DNA of 64,000 nt. It comes from Minisyncoccia bacterium. Lineage in GTDB: Bacteria > Patescibacteriota > Minisyncoccia > Phycocordibacterales > Phycocordibacteraceae. Both the position numbers and the translations under genes were made by a program. The notes below the pieces were generated by a model. It did not search any database. It had not been told where the DNA came from and saw nothing but the letters and a program-made list of their open reading frames with translations. The stretch's first letter is position 1. Every line of letters begins with the position of its first letter. Below are positions 44,656 through 54,106 of the stretch, one piece after another. Location of the stretch: positions 129,316-193,315 of the forward strand of contig JBGPJZ010000001.1 in NCBI GenBank assembly GCA_041485695.1, in the 5' to 3' direction.

Positions 44656-45255
44656 CGTCTCCTTGCGGTTCGTGAGCGCGGCGCGCAAGGTCTCGGCGTC
44701 GGAGTACTCAAGCTCGCTGCCGGTAGCAAGGCCGCGGCCAAGCGCGGAGACCCGTACCTTTTCACGATAAGGCCGAATGAGTTCGCGCACACGGTCTGCT
44801 GTATGCTCGCCCTCGGAGGTCGCCGAGCAGGCCAGCACGATCTCTTTGAGCCCGTTCTTGAATCGTTTTTCAACGACACGTATCAAATCTTTCTCGCGTA
44901 TCGCCCCCTTGCCTGAAAGGGTCAGGACGCCTCCCAAAACGAAGTAGCGGCCTTTATACGTACCCGCACGCTCGATTGCCGCCAAGTCCTGGTCTTTTTC
45001 AACGATCATGAGGAGTCCGTCGTCTCGCGAGGTGTCGGCGCACTGTTTACATACGGGGCCGCTGCCGTTCGCATAGCGCATGCACTCCGGGCATTGGCGC
45101 ACGTCTTTACCGAGCGCGGTTAAGAGCTCGGCAAGCGCCATGCGCTCGGAGGCTGGAGCCGATAACAGGTAATACACGAAGCGCTTTCCCTGACGCGGCC
45201 CTATCCCGGGTAGCCGAGCGAATGCTTGCGAGAGATCTTCGATGCGGTCAGCCAT
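44653..45255 (-). CDS. recR: recombination protein RecR
   Basis: HhH N-terminus (RLPGIGPRQGKR), C4 zinc finger and Toprim domain. Confidence 0.95.
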   Translation of the reverse strand: MADRIEDLSQAFARLPGIGPRQGKRFVYYLLSAPASERMALAELLTALGKDVRQCPECMRYANGSGPVCKQCADTSRDDGLLMIVEKDQDLAAIERAGTYKGRYFVLGGVLTLSGKGAIREKDLIRVVEKRFKNGLKEIVLACSATSEGEHTADRVRELIRPYREKVRVSALGRGLATGSELEYSDAETLRAALTNRKET

Positions 45256-45258
45256 GTC

Positions 45259-46614
45259 TTAAAACGCTCGCTCGAAGTCGCCGTACCCGGCTTTATCGAC
45301 CGGCATGAAGGTCGCCCGCTTCTCATCAAAATAAAGCTCAACATGGCCGGTGGGACCGTTGCGATGCTTCTCGATGAGAATCTCGGCAATGTTCGGCTTA
45401 GCACTCTCAGGGTTGCGCTTGTCATCGCGGTGGATGAACATGACCACGTCCGCATCTTGCTCGATAGAGCCCGAATCACGGAGGTCGGAGAGGCGAGGCT
45501 TGCCGCCGCGCTGCTCGACGGCGCGCGAGAGCTGCGAGAGTGCTAACACGGGGACCTCGAGTTCGCGAGCTAGTGATTTAAGCGACCGCGAGATCTCGGT
45601 TACTTGCTGCACGAGGGAGTCAGAGGCCTTGGTCGAGGTGGGTGCCATGAGCTGGAGGTAGTCGACCACGATGAGCCCTATGCCCTTTTCGCGCTTCAAA
45701 CGCCGCGCCACGGCCCTCATCGAGAGGATGTTGTTGCCTGGCTTGTCGTCGATGTAGATGGGCGCCTTGGAAAGGGTCTCCAAGGCATCCCGAATCTTCG
45801 CGAAGTCCTCTTCAGCACGGATAGCTCCGGTACGGATATTCCAGGCATTTACGTATGACTCCGCGGCAAGCATGCGGTCGACGAGCTGCTCCGAGCTCAT
45901 TTCAAGGGAAAAGATGCCGACTGGCACGTTGTAGCGCACGGCTGCGTTCCGTGCGATATCAAGCGCAAGAGAGGTCTTACCCATCGAAGGCCGTGCGGCG
46001 AGTATGACGAGGTCAGACTTATGGAGGCCGGAGAGCAGGGTATCGAGATCATGAAAACCGGTCGGTACTCCGCGAATGCCGCCCTCTTTTTTTGAAAGCG
46101 TCTCGAGGCGGTCCCACGCGTCATGAAGCTTGTCGGCGATAGCGACAAATTTATGCGCCGCAATCGCATTCCCGATGGCATAGATTTTCTTTTCGGCCTC
46201 GTCGAGGACCTCGTGCGTGTCGCGCGCCTCATCGTAGGCCGTTTCAGTGATTTCATACGAAGTGTCTATCAAAGAGCGCAAGATGTGTTTTTTCGAGACG
46301 AGATCCGCATATGAAGTGAAATTACCGGGGGAGGGGGCAGAGCCTGCAAGCTCTGCAAGGTAGCTCCGCCCGCCGGCGCGCTCCAACGTCCCTTGATTCT
46401 GCAGTCGTTCAGAGAGTGTCAGCTGGTCAATCGGTTCGCCGCGTGTCGAAAGCTCGCGCATCGCTTCATAAATGATGCGATGCTTCTCGGCATAGAACGA
46501 GTCCGGCTGGATGAGGTCGCCGACATCGTGGATAGCATCTGGCTTAAGGAGGAGCGCGCCGAGGAGCGCCCGTTCGGAATCAAGACTTTGAGGAGGAACT
46601 CGATCGGCAGCCAT
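45259..46614 (-). CDS. dnaB: replicative DNA helicase DnaB
   Basis: 451 aa; N-terminal DnaB domain plus RecA-like core with Walker A GxxxGKT. Confidence 0.95.
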   Translation of the reverse strand: MAADRVPPQSLDSERALLGALLLKPDAIHDVGDLIQPDSFYAEKHRIIYEAMRELSTRGEPIDQLTLSERLQNQGTLERAGGRSYLAELAGSAPSPGNFTSYADLVSKKHILRSLIDTSYEITETAYDEARDTHEVLDEAEKKIYAIGNAIAAHKFVAIADKLHDAWDRLETLSKKEGGIRGVPTGFHDLDTLLSGLHKSDLVILAARPSMGKTSLALDIARNAAVRYNVPVGIFSLEMSSEQLVDRMLAAESYVNAWNIRTGAIRAEEDFAKIRDALETLSKAPIYIDDKPGNNILSMRAVARRLKREKGIGLIVVDYLQLMAPTSTKASDSLVQQVTEISRSLKSLARELEVPVLALSQLSRAVEQRGGKPRLSDLRDSGSIEQDADVVMFIHRDDKRNPESAKPNIAEILIEKHRNGPTGHVELYFDEKRATFMPVDKAGYGDFERAF

Positions 46615-46629
46615 GAGGCTGATTTTCCC

Positions 46630-48093
46630 TTAATCGGCGCGCCGGGTCAATACGGGGCCCTTGGCCCCGTCGTCCACATGATATCCACTCTTCGCAATAT
46701 CCTCGCGTAGGCGGTCAGCCGTCTTAAAATCTCGCGCTTTGCGCGCAGCCTCTCTCTCTTTCACCAATCCCCGAACTGCATCGGACACGTCATCTGTCTC
46801 GAGCGGAGCTATCGCTGCCGGAGGGTCAACAAGAGAGAGGCCGAGCTGCCTGTCTGCGCTTTCAAACAGGCCCCATTTCTGCTCTACAGTAAGGTCTTCG
46901 TTCTTTATAGCCTCCCAGAGTATGCCTATCGCCTGGGGCGTGGAGAGGTCATCGCGCATGGCAGCGATGAATCGATCGAGCTCGGCAGAACGCTGCGTTT
47001 TCCCCTCTGATTCCTCTTTCAACCCACGTGCATGACGCCACAAGCGGAGAAGAGCCTCGCTTGCCGCAGCAATTGCGTTGTCGGAGTAGGAGAGTTGGGT
47101 GCGATAGTGTGCCTGGAGGAAGAAATAGCGGAGTACGAGCGGGTGATAGCCCTTCGCCACGATGTCCGGGAGATAGACCACGTTCCCGGTCGACTTTGAA
47201 ACCTTCTCTCCCTGCATAGTGAGAAAGGCGTTATGCATCCAGTAACGCACGAAGGTGCGGCCGTTCGCTGCCTCTGATTGGGCGATCTCGTCATTGTGGT
47301 GGATGGAGGCCAAGTCCTCGCCTCCAGTGTGGATGTCGATCTCAATCCCGAGGAGCGCGCGCGACATTGCTGAACATTCGAGGTGCCAGCCCGGGTTACC
47401 ACGCCCCCAAGGCGAGTCCCATTGTTGGAGATCGTGCGGTTTTGCTGTGCGCCAGAGAGCGAAGTCGCTCGGGTGCCGCTTGCCAGCTACAGGCGCTACG
47501 CGCGCGATGGCGCTCTCTTTAATGTCAGCGCCGTGCCGATTGCCGAGCGCTCCGTACGTAGGGAATTTGCTCGTGTCAAAGTAAAGCCCCTCGGGGGTGC
47601 GGTAGGCGAACCCCTTTTCTTCAAGCGTCTTCGCTAGCGCTATCTGTTCTTTGATGTATTCGGTCGCACGGGGGAAGAGGATGTGCTCGATATCGACGTT
47701 GAGGTCGTCAAGGTCTTCGATGAACAGTTTCGCATATCGTGACGCAATCTCGCCCGGTGATTTTTTCTCATGACCGGCGCCAACGTTCATTTTGTCTTCA
47801 CCCTCATCGCCATCTCCGACCAGGTGGCCGACGTCGGTAATGTTGATGACCCGGCGCACGCGATAGCCAGCACTAAGCAATACGCGCGCAATAGTATCTG
47901 AAAAGACTGCCGGGCGCAGATTCCCGATATGCTGCTGGCTGTAGACGGTCGGCCCGCAGGAGTACATCGAGACTTCGCCGGGCTTCAGCGGTACGAAAAG
48001 CTCCTTATTGCTGCTTAAGGTGTTGTGAAAGAAGATGCGCGCCACCGCTCCAGCGCCGGGCTTGTTACTGAAAAGACTCGTGAACCATCCCAT
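46630..48093 (-). CDS. cysS: cysteinyl-tRNA synthetase
   Basis: HIGN and KMSKS (VSKSTGN) motifs. ORF track extends to 48126; start uncertain by ~10 codons. Confidence 0.9.
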   Translation of the reverse strand: MGWFTSLFSNKPGAGAVARIFFHNTLSSNKELFVPLKPGEVSMYSCGPTVYSQQHIGNLRPAVFSDTIARVLLSAGYRVRRVINITDVGHLVGDGDEGEDKMNVGAGHEKKSPGEIASRYAKLFIEDLDDLNVDIEHILFPRATEYIKEQIALAKTLEEKGFAYRTPEGLYFDTSKFPTYGALGNRHGADIKESAIARVAPVAGKRHPSDFALWRTAKPHDLQQWDSPWGRGNPGWHLECSAMSRALLGIEIDIHTGGEDLASIHHNDEIAQSEAANGRTFVRYWMHNAFLTMQGEKVSKSTGNVVYLPDIVAKGYHPLVLRYFFLQAHYRTQLSYSDNAIAAASEALLRLWRHARGLKEESEGKTQRSAELDRFIAAMRDDLSTPQAIGILWEAIKNEDLTVEQKWGLFESADRQLGLSLVDPPAAIAPLETDDVSDAVRGLVKEREAARKARDFKTADRLREDIAKSGYHVDDGAKGPVLTRRAD

Positions 48094-48100
48094 ACCAGGC

Positions 48101-49018
48101 CTAGAGCCAACGTTTGCGGGCGACAAAGAGCGCGACGATGCCCGAGACGCACAGCATGATACCGACGACTATCCAGAAAGCGTGGGGATTCCGCATAAAC
48201 GGCACGTCGGCGACGTTCATTTCGAAAACATTGGCGATAAGCCCGAGCGGCAAGACGATGAAGCTGATGACCGTCAAGGTCTTCATGATCTCGTTCTGGC
48301 TCGCGGTCAACAGCGACATGTTGCTCTCACGAAGTTCGGTAGCAATCGATCGCAAGGTCGCGATTGTGTGCCCCGTCTGCGCATGCTGGCCGAGAATCCG
48401 TTCCACCCTCGTCTTGAACGAGGAGCCGAATACGCCCTTGCGCATAAGCTCATCGAGGAAGAGCTTAAGAGGGTCCTCCTCGGCAGCAATCGAAGCCTCG
48501 AGATGGAGGAACTCGCGGCTGATTTCAGAGATTGCGCGTATCGCTTCGCGCTCATTGCCTGCGAACATGTCGTGCTCGACCCGCTCTAAGCGCTTACCTG
48601 CATGCGACCCCTCAAGGCGGATGTTCCCAAAGAGGTGGTTGAGGATGAGTTCCAATAAAGCGTCCGCTCCGACTCTTGCATGGCCGTCAATAAGCGCCCC
48701 GGCTTCGAGAAGCTTGCGAAGCTCGTGAACCGGAACGACCACTTCATAGCGTACGGTAAGCACGAAGTGCGCCCCGACGACGAAATCAACCTCCTGTTCG
48801 GCCGGCCGGCCGTCAAGTACCGCCGCAGAAGGGAAGTGGAGCACCAAGAGCGCCGCTGACTCTTCGTAAAGTACGACCGGGAGCGGGGAAGGGGAGATGA
48901 GCTCATCAAGGATGCGTCCGCCAAACCCGAGCTCGCGAGCCACATCGCGCACCTCATCGGCCGTAGGGTTCTCAAGGTCTATCCACTGGCCGTTACTCTC
49001 GCCAAAACGAAATACCAT
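48101..49018 (-). CDS. corA: CorA-family Mg2+/Co2+ transporter with variant loop motif (EMN instead of GMN)
   Basis: Two C-terminal TM helices; loop ANVFEMNVADVPFM aligns to AGIYGMNFEYMPEL. Confidence 0.8.
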   Translation of the reverse strand: MVFRFGESNGQWIDLENPTADEVRDVARELGFGGRILDELISPSPLPVVLYEESAALLVLHFPSAAVLDGRPAEQEVDFVVGAHFVLTVRYEVVVPVHELRKLLEAGALIDGHARVGADALLELILNHLFGNIRLEGSHAGKRLERVEHDMFAGNEREAIRAISEISREFLHLEASIAAEEDPLKLFLDELMRKGVFGSSFKTRVERILGQHAQTGHTIATLRSIATELRESNMSLLTASQNEIMKTLTVISFIVLPLGLIANVFEMNVADVPFMRNPHAFWIVVGIMLCVSGIVALFVARKRWL

Positions 49019-49074
49019 GTGAAAAGCATACCACGCGTGGTGCAGGTACCTATCGTGATGCTATACTGCCCGCA

Positions 49075-50301
49075 ATGGATTCAGGCCTCACTAGGCGGGC
49101 TGCGGTAGCGGCGCTCATCGCCGTTGTTTCATTTGGGGGAGGGTTCCTTGCGGGCGGCAGCGGGAGTAGCGCAAGCATTGTCTCGCACTTGCCGCTCCTC
49201 GGAGACGGCCTTGATGCGACTCCATCCTCTACCGATCTCGGCGATTTTTGGAAGGCATGGAACGCACTCTCAAGCGACTTCGTGGAAACGCATGCCTCGA
49301 CGACATTGCCGGGAGAGAAAGACAAGCTGTGGGGGGCGATTAGCGGCCTCGCGGCGTCCTACAAAGACCCGTACACCGTCTTCTTCCCGCCTGTGGAATC
49401 GAAAAAATTTCAAGAGAACATCCAAGGTAATTTCGGCGGTATCGGCATTGAAATCGATACCAAGGACGGGATTTTGACCGTCATTGCTCCCTTAAAGGGG
49501 ACTCCCGCCGAAGCTGCTGGTATCAAAGCAGGAGACGCTATCGTGGCGATTGACGGCAAGCCGACCGATAGCATCACGGTTGAGGCGGCGGTGAATCAGA
49601 TTCGCGGCCCTGTGGGTACGTCAGTCACGCTCACCCTGTCTCGCGCGAAGAAAGCTTTCGACGTCAAGGTTGAGCGGGCCACCATACAGGTGCCGGAGAT
49701 TGATGACGGATTGGATGTAGCAAGCAGCGTGTATCATATCGCCCTGTTTGAGTTCACCTCGACCTCGGCGGACCTCTTTACTCAAGCCTTTGAACGTTTT
49801 AAGAAGTCGGGCTCCCACCTCCTTGTCATTGATGTGCGTGGCAACCCGGGCGGGTACCTCGAATCCGCGGTCGAGATTGCGAGCCACTTCCTCCCCAAGG
49901 GTACGACCATCGTGACTGAAGACCATCGCGGCAAGGCTGAGAATGAGGTCCATCGGAGCCTCGGAGACAACGATGTCCCAAGTGGGACGAAAGTCGTCGT
50001 GCTTATCGACCAAGGTTCAGCCTCTGCCTCTGAGATTCTTGCGGGCGCCCTCCAAGATAACGGGGTTGCAAAGCTCATTGGCATGCGTTCATTCGGCAAA
50101 GGCTCGGTGCAGCAGTTAATCCAGATCGGCGAAGGGTCTTTGAAAGTTACGGTCGCACGCTGGCTTACGCCATCGGGCACATCTATAGCAGACGGCGGAT
50201 TGACTCCGGATATCAAAGTCGACCGCACCATCGACGATTTCAACGCAAAGAAAGACCCTCAAATGGACCGCGCTAAAGAGTTTTTGACGACGGGTAAATA
50301 A
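49075..50301 (+). CDS. ctpA: S41-family C-terminal processing peptidase
   Basis: PDZ domain (GIKAGDAIVAIDGKP) plus S41 core (IDVRGNPGGYL, catalytic Ser/Lys). Confidence 0.85.
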   Translation: MDSGLTRRAAVAALIAVVSFGGGFLAGGSGSSASIVSHLPLLGDGLDATPSSTDLGDFWKAWNALSSDFVETHASTTLPGEKDKLWGAISGLAASYKDPYTVFFPPVESKKFQENIQGNFGGIGIEIDTKDGILTVIAPLKGTPAEAAGIKAGDAIVAIDGKPTDSITVEAAVNQIRGPVGTSVTLTLSRAKKAFDVKVERATIQVPEIDDGLDVASSVYHIALFEFTSTSADLFTQAFERFKKSGSHLLVIDVRGNPGGYLESAVEIASHFLPKGTTIVTEDHRGKAENEVHRSLGDNDVPSGTKVVVLIDQGSASASEILAGALQDNGVAKLIGMRSFGKGSVQQLIQIGEGSLKVTVARWLTPSGTSIADGGLTPDIKVDRTIDDFNAKKDPQMDRAKEFLTTGK

Positions 50302-50320
50302 GCGTGTATGATAGGTTCAC

Positions 50321-50764
50321 ATGAAAGTTGTAATGCTGAAAGATGTGAAGGGCGTGGGGCGCGCCCATGACACCATCGACGCCTCTGATGGGTACGCGCT
50401 TAACTTCTTGATACCACGCAAATATGCCGTCTCAGCGACTCCAGCCGCGCTCAAATCTGCCGATGAGCGCAAGAAAAAAGTGAATCTTGACCACGAGCTA
50501 CAACTCAAACTAGTTGCTCAAAATATCGCCACCTTGGCTGATGCGCGCATCGTCATTAAGATGAAGGTCAATGAAAAGGGCCATTTGTACGACGCAGTCG
50601 GTGCACCCGAAATAAGTCTAGCGGCTAAGAGGGAAGCGGGCGTCGATTTGCCGGAAGAGGCCATCAAGCTCGAGAAGCCGATCAAAGAACTCGGCACCTT
50701 TGAGGTTCCCGTCTCTGCCGGAGAGAATTTCGGCAAATTCTCCATCATCATCGAAGCCGAGTGA
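50321..50764 (+). CDS. rplI: 50S ribosomal protein L9
   Basis: MKVVMLKDVKGVGRAHDTIDASDGYALNFLIPRKYA... Confidence 0.9.
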   Translation: MKVVMLKDVKGVGRAHDTIDASDGYALNFLIPRKYAVSATPAALKSADERKKKVNLDHELQLKLVAQNIATLADARIVIKMKVNEKGHLYDAVGAPEISLAAKREAGVDLPEEAIKLEKPIKELGTFEVPVSAGENFGKFSIIIEAE

Positions 50765-50807
50765 CTTTTTGACTCTCTTCTCTAATTCGCGCGAATAGGC
50801 GAATAGT

Positions 50808-50836
50808 TTGACAGTTGGATTTTCTTGGAGTTTAAT
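50808..50836 (+). promoter_or_regulatory. sigma70-like promoter TTGACA-17-TTTAAT
   Basis: ttgacagttggattttcttggagtttaat; followed at 50873..50880 by a strong SD (AAGGAGGT) and GTG at 50887. Confidence 0.5.
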
Positions 50837-51027
50837 GGTGCTGGACGCATCTATCGCGTAAAAATATCAACGAAGGAGGTGACATCGTGAACATCAAAAC
50901 AGGGACAAGTGCCGGTCTCTTTTTTTTGTGATGATTGCCTTTGGGTTGGCGGCGGCTACTCCATGGGCTTTTGTTGCGAGATGGAGCAAGGTGCGCAAGC
51001 TTCCGAACGTAGTTTAAAAAATCAAAC

Positions 51028-51066
51028 AGCCCGCGCGGGAAACCGCGCGGGCTGAATCTTTTTTAA
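51028..51066. terminator. bidirectional rho-independent terminator (serves rpmA on the minus strand)
   Basis: cagcccgcgcgg-gaaa-ccgcgcgggctg with T-runs on both strands. Confidence 0.7.
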
Positions 51067-51335
51067 ACAACGCTTGCGATTTTTTTGGAGACAATGCGGC
51101 CATCGTAGCGCGTAAAGCGTTTGGAGCGGAAGGAGACTTTACCGGTAGCGATGGAGAAAAGCGTGTGGTCTTTGCCGACCTTCACGTTCTTGCCGGCCTC
51201 GATCTTGGTGCCGCGCTGACGGGCGATAATCATGCCGGGGCGGGCAGAGGCGCCGTCAGCGAGCTTAACCCCGAGATATTTCGGGTTTGAGTCGTTGAGG
51301 TTCTTTGCTGATCCGCCAGCTTTGGTTGATGCCAT
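51063..51335 (-). CDS. rpmA: 50S ribosomal protein L27
   Basis: [24 protein letters not shown]...RQRGT; not adjacent to rplU. Confidence 0.9.
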   Translation of the reverse strand: MASTKAGGSAKNLNDSNPKYLGVKLADGASARPGMIIARQRGTKIEAGKNVKVGKDHTLFSIATGKVSFRSKRFTRYDGRIVSKKIASVV

Positions 51336-51354
51336 AGTGGTATAGTTTTACCCA

Positions 51355-51741
51355 ATGACTATAGCAGGGCTCATTGCTCGAGGCAAGACGTTCATAGAGG
51401 GCGCTCCGAGAGATCTTTTCGTCGTTTTGATACTGATTTTGTCGTGTTCCGCGAGCTTCGGCCTTGGCGTCTTGGCCGGCCGAGATTCGGGGGTAGGAGA
51501 GGGGAGCAGCTTCTCCATTTCTCAAATCCCCCTCGCTGCCGCTACGAACCCCGCAAGCATCGCTACGACGAGTATGCCGACGGGCGGCCAGGTCGTCGCT
51601 TCAAAAAACGGCACGAAATATTTTCTTCCCTGGTGCGGCGGTGCGAAACAGATTAGCGATGCAAACAAAATATGGTTTGCATCTAAAGAAGAGGCCGAAG
51701 CCAAGGGATATCAACCCGCTCTCAACTGCAAAGGGTTATAA
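51355..51741 (+). CDS. hypothetical membrane-anchored protein with small Cys-containing C-terminal domain
   Basis: N-terminal TM helix; C-terminal KYFLPWCGGAKQISDANKIWFASKEEAEAKGYQPALNC resembles a small Cys-bearing domain, family not identified. Confidence 0.4.
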   Translation: MTIAGLIARGKTFIEGAPRDLFVVLILILSCSASFGLGVLAGRDSGVGEGSSFSISQIPLAAATNPASIATTSMPTGGQVVASKNGTKYFLPWCGGAKQISDANKIWFASKEEAEAKGYQPALNCKGL

Positions 51742-51755
51742 TAGAGTGAACGGCT

Positions 51756-52472
51756 ATGAACGAATCATTACCTGAAGACCTTTCGCACGTCATTATCGAG
51801 GGTAGCAAGACCGTGCCGAACGAACGGCCGCTCTTGGTGTGCAAGCCGCACAAGATCGAATCGTGGCGTGTGTTCAAGATCATGTCGGAGTTCGTTGAAG
51901 GGTTCGACCTTATCCGCCGGTATGGCCTTGCCGCAAGCTTCTTCGGCACGGCACGCGCTTCGTTCGAGGACGTCGTCTATCAGCACGCGGCTGAGCTTGC
52001 CGGCCGGCTCTCGAAAAAAGGCTTCGCTATCATCACGGGCGGTGCCTCCGGCGTGATGCAAGCCGCGAACAAAGGGGCTTTTGAAGCAGGAGGAGCCTCG
52101 GTCGGCCTCAATATCGACCTCTCTAAAAGCCAAGGTTACAACCAGTACCTTACCGACAAGATCCAGTTTGAGCACTTCTTCGTCCGCAAGACCATGCTTA
52201 CGTATGCCTCCGAGGTCTACATCTATTTCCCGGGCGGATTCGGCACCCTGGACGAGTTTTTTGAAATCATCACCCTTATCCAGACTGAAAAGATCCGCAA
52301 GGTGCCGATTGTCCTCTTTGGTAGAGCCTACTGGACGCCTTTACTCGACTTTATAGAAAAAACGCTCTATGAGAAGCATAAGGCCATTGATAAGCAGGAC
52401 ATGAGCCTCTACGTGCTTGTAGACTCGGTAGACGAGGCCTATGACTACATCATCAAGAACGTGGAGTGTTAA
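51756..52472 (+). CDS. LOG-family protein (cytokinin riboside 5'-monophosphate phosphoribohydrolase / TIGR00730)
   Basis: GGASGVMQAANKGA and PGGFGTLDEFFE motifs. Confidence 0.85.
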   Translation: MNESLPEDLSHVIIEGSKTVPNERPLLVCKPHKIESWRVFKIMSEFVEGFDLIRRYGLAASFFGTARASFEDVVYQHAAELAGRLSKKGFAIITGGASGVMQAANKGAFEAGGASVGLNIDLSKSQGYNQYLTDKIQFEHFFVRKTMLTYASEVYIYFPGGFGTLDEFFEIITLIQTEKIRKVPIVLFGRAYWTPLLDFIEKTLYEKHKAIDKQDMSLYVLVDSVDEAYDYIIKNVEC

Positions 52473-52771
52473 GGGTTAAAGAATTAGTTTAGTGTATAGC
52501 GTCGTAAAAGATATATTGTGCGACTCTATTATAACCAGGGAGCTCGGCTGGCCAAGGCTGGTGTCACCTACCCTCTTTTTTATTTATGCGGGATGAAACT
52601 CGTGAGCCAATTCCAAAGCGATACGAGCACATGCCACAGATACGCGAAATTCTCCTGCCCTGCTGGGGAATTGACGATGGACTGAAGGGAAATGCCGAAA
52701 AAGGAGAGCGCTAGGACCCCTACCAGTATCCAAAAAATGAGTTTGAACATGGGGAAGACCTCCCTACTCTA

Positions 52772-54106
52772 TCATAGGTAGGAGAGCGGATTCAGGTACG
52801 CGTCCTTAGTCGCGACCGGCATCGTTGCATTCGCGCATGGGCTTAGAGCGGTACCGCGAAAGCCGCTTAAGACCATAATCTTGGTGCCCTCGCTTGCGTA
52901 CACGCCAAAGTGGAGGTGGGGCCCGGTCGCATAGCCAGTCATGCCCGAGAGGCCAATCACCTGCCCCGTCCCGACGCTTTCGCCTGCTGAGACATCGATT
53001 TCAGAGAGGTGCGCGTAGAGCGTCGCAAGGCCATCATGGTGGTCAATCATTACCCATTTGCCGAAGGAGTAGCATCCGCGCACGGCGTCCGTGTTGCCAG
53101 TACCGAGTACGGTGCCAGTAAGAGATGCCTCCACAGGCGTGCCGATCGGTGCCCCGATATCGATACCGTTGTGCCCTCCCCCGTTGTAGACCTGCGCATT
53201 GGCGGTGGCAAAAGGCGTATTGCCAAAGTATTGCGTAATACAAAAGACATTGCCGATAACTGATTTTCGCGCCGCGCAATTTTGCATGAAGCCGAGAGAA
53301 AAAGGCCAGGAGAGGAGCCCCGTACCGACCTTGGGCAAGGAGCCGGGATGCACGATAAGGTTCAACTGGCTCTGGAGGTTGAGGAGCTCTTGCTCGAATG
53401 AACGCTCGGCGGCCTGTTTTTGGGCAATGAGTTTTTGATAGGAGCCCTCTTGGTTCTTGGTGTCTGCAAGTAACTGCTGCTGCGCGGCCTTACTCGCGTC
53501 GACCGACTTTTTTTGGAGTGTCAAATCCTTTTGGAGAGAAACGAGTTTGTCTTTAGCCGCTGCCACCTCGTCGCGATTTACGGCGAGCTCCTCGCGAGCA
53601 GTGCGCAACTCGTCGATATCTTTCCCTAACGCGCGGTTGAATTGCTGCACTTCTTCAGTCGCCTGCCACGCCTCCGCTAATGTGCCCGCGGTAAGCATCC
53701 GGGCAACGAGAGGTTGGTCCTCGCTCTCTATAGCGCTGCGTAGGGCTTTAGCTATGGCCGCCTGGTTATCTGCAATCGTCGACTCTTTGTCGCCAATCGC
53801 AACTCCGAGCTGCTCTAGCTGCTGGTTCTGGAATGCGATGTTGTTTTGCGTAATCGCTATCTGCGCGGCAAGCTGCTTTTGCGAGAGGGCGAGAGCGTTG
53901 ATGGTCGACTGAAGCGTATTTTTCTGCTTGCCCAAGGTGTCAAGCTGCTTTTGATAGGCCGTTATTTCATCCTGGAGAGCCTTGATCTGGTCGTTGTGCT
54001 GGGTAATCTGGTTTTGGAGGTCTGAAGTGGACTGCGCGGATGCCGTAAGCGCACCGGCTCCAACGCTTATGAAAAACAACAAAGCAAAAGCCTGTACGCG
54101 AATCAT
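52772..54106 (-). CDS. M23-family peptidase with N-terminal coiled-coil (EnvC-like)
   Basis: Signal peptide, ~280-aa Q/L-rich coiled-coil, C-terminal LytM domain (HNGIDIGAPIGTPV...GPHLHFGVY). Confidence 0.85.
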   Translation of the reverse strand: MIRVQAFALLFFISVGAGALTASAQSTSDLQNQITQHNDQIKALQDEITAYQKQLDTLGKQKNTLQSTINALALSQKQLAAQIAITQNNIAFQNQQLEQLGVAIGDKESTIADNQAAIAKALRSAIESEDQPLVARMLTAGTLAEAWQATEEVQQFNRALGKDIDELRTAREELAVNRDEVAAAKDKLVSLQKDLTLQKKSVDASKAAQQQLLADTKNQEGSYQKLIAQKQAAERSFEQELLNLQSQLNLIVHPGSLPKVGTGLLSWPFSLGFMQNCAARKSVIGNVFCITQYFGNTPFATANAQVYNGGGHNGIDIGAPIGTPVEASLTGTVLGTGNTDAVRGCYSFGKWVMIDHHDGLATLYAHLSEIDVSAGESVGTGQVIGLSGMTGYATGPHLHFGVYASEGTKIMVLSGFRGTALSPCANATMPVATKDAYLNPLSYL

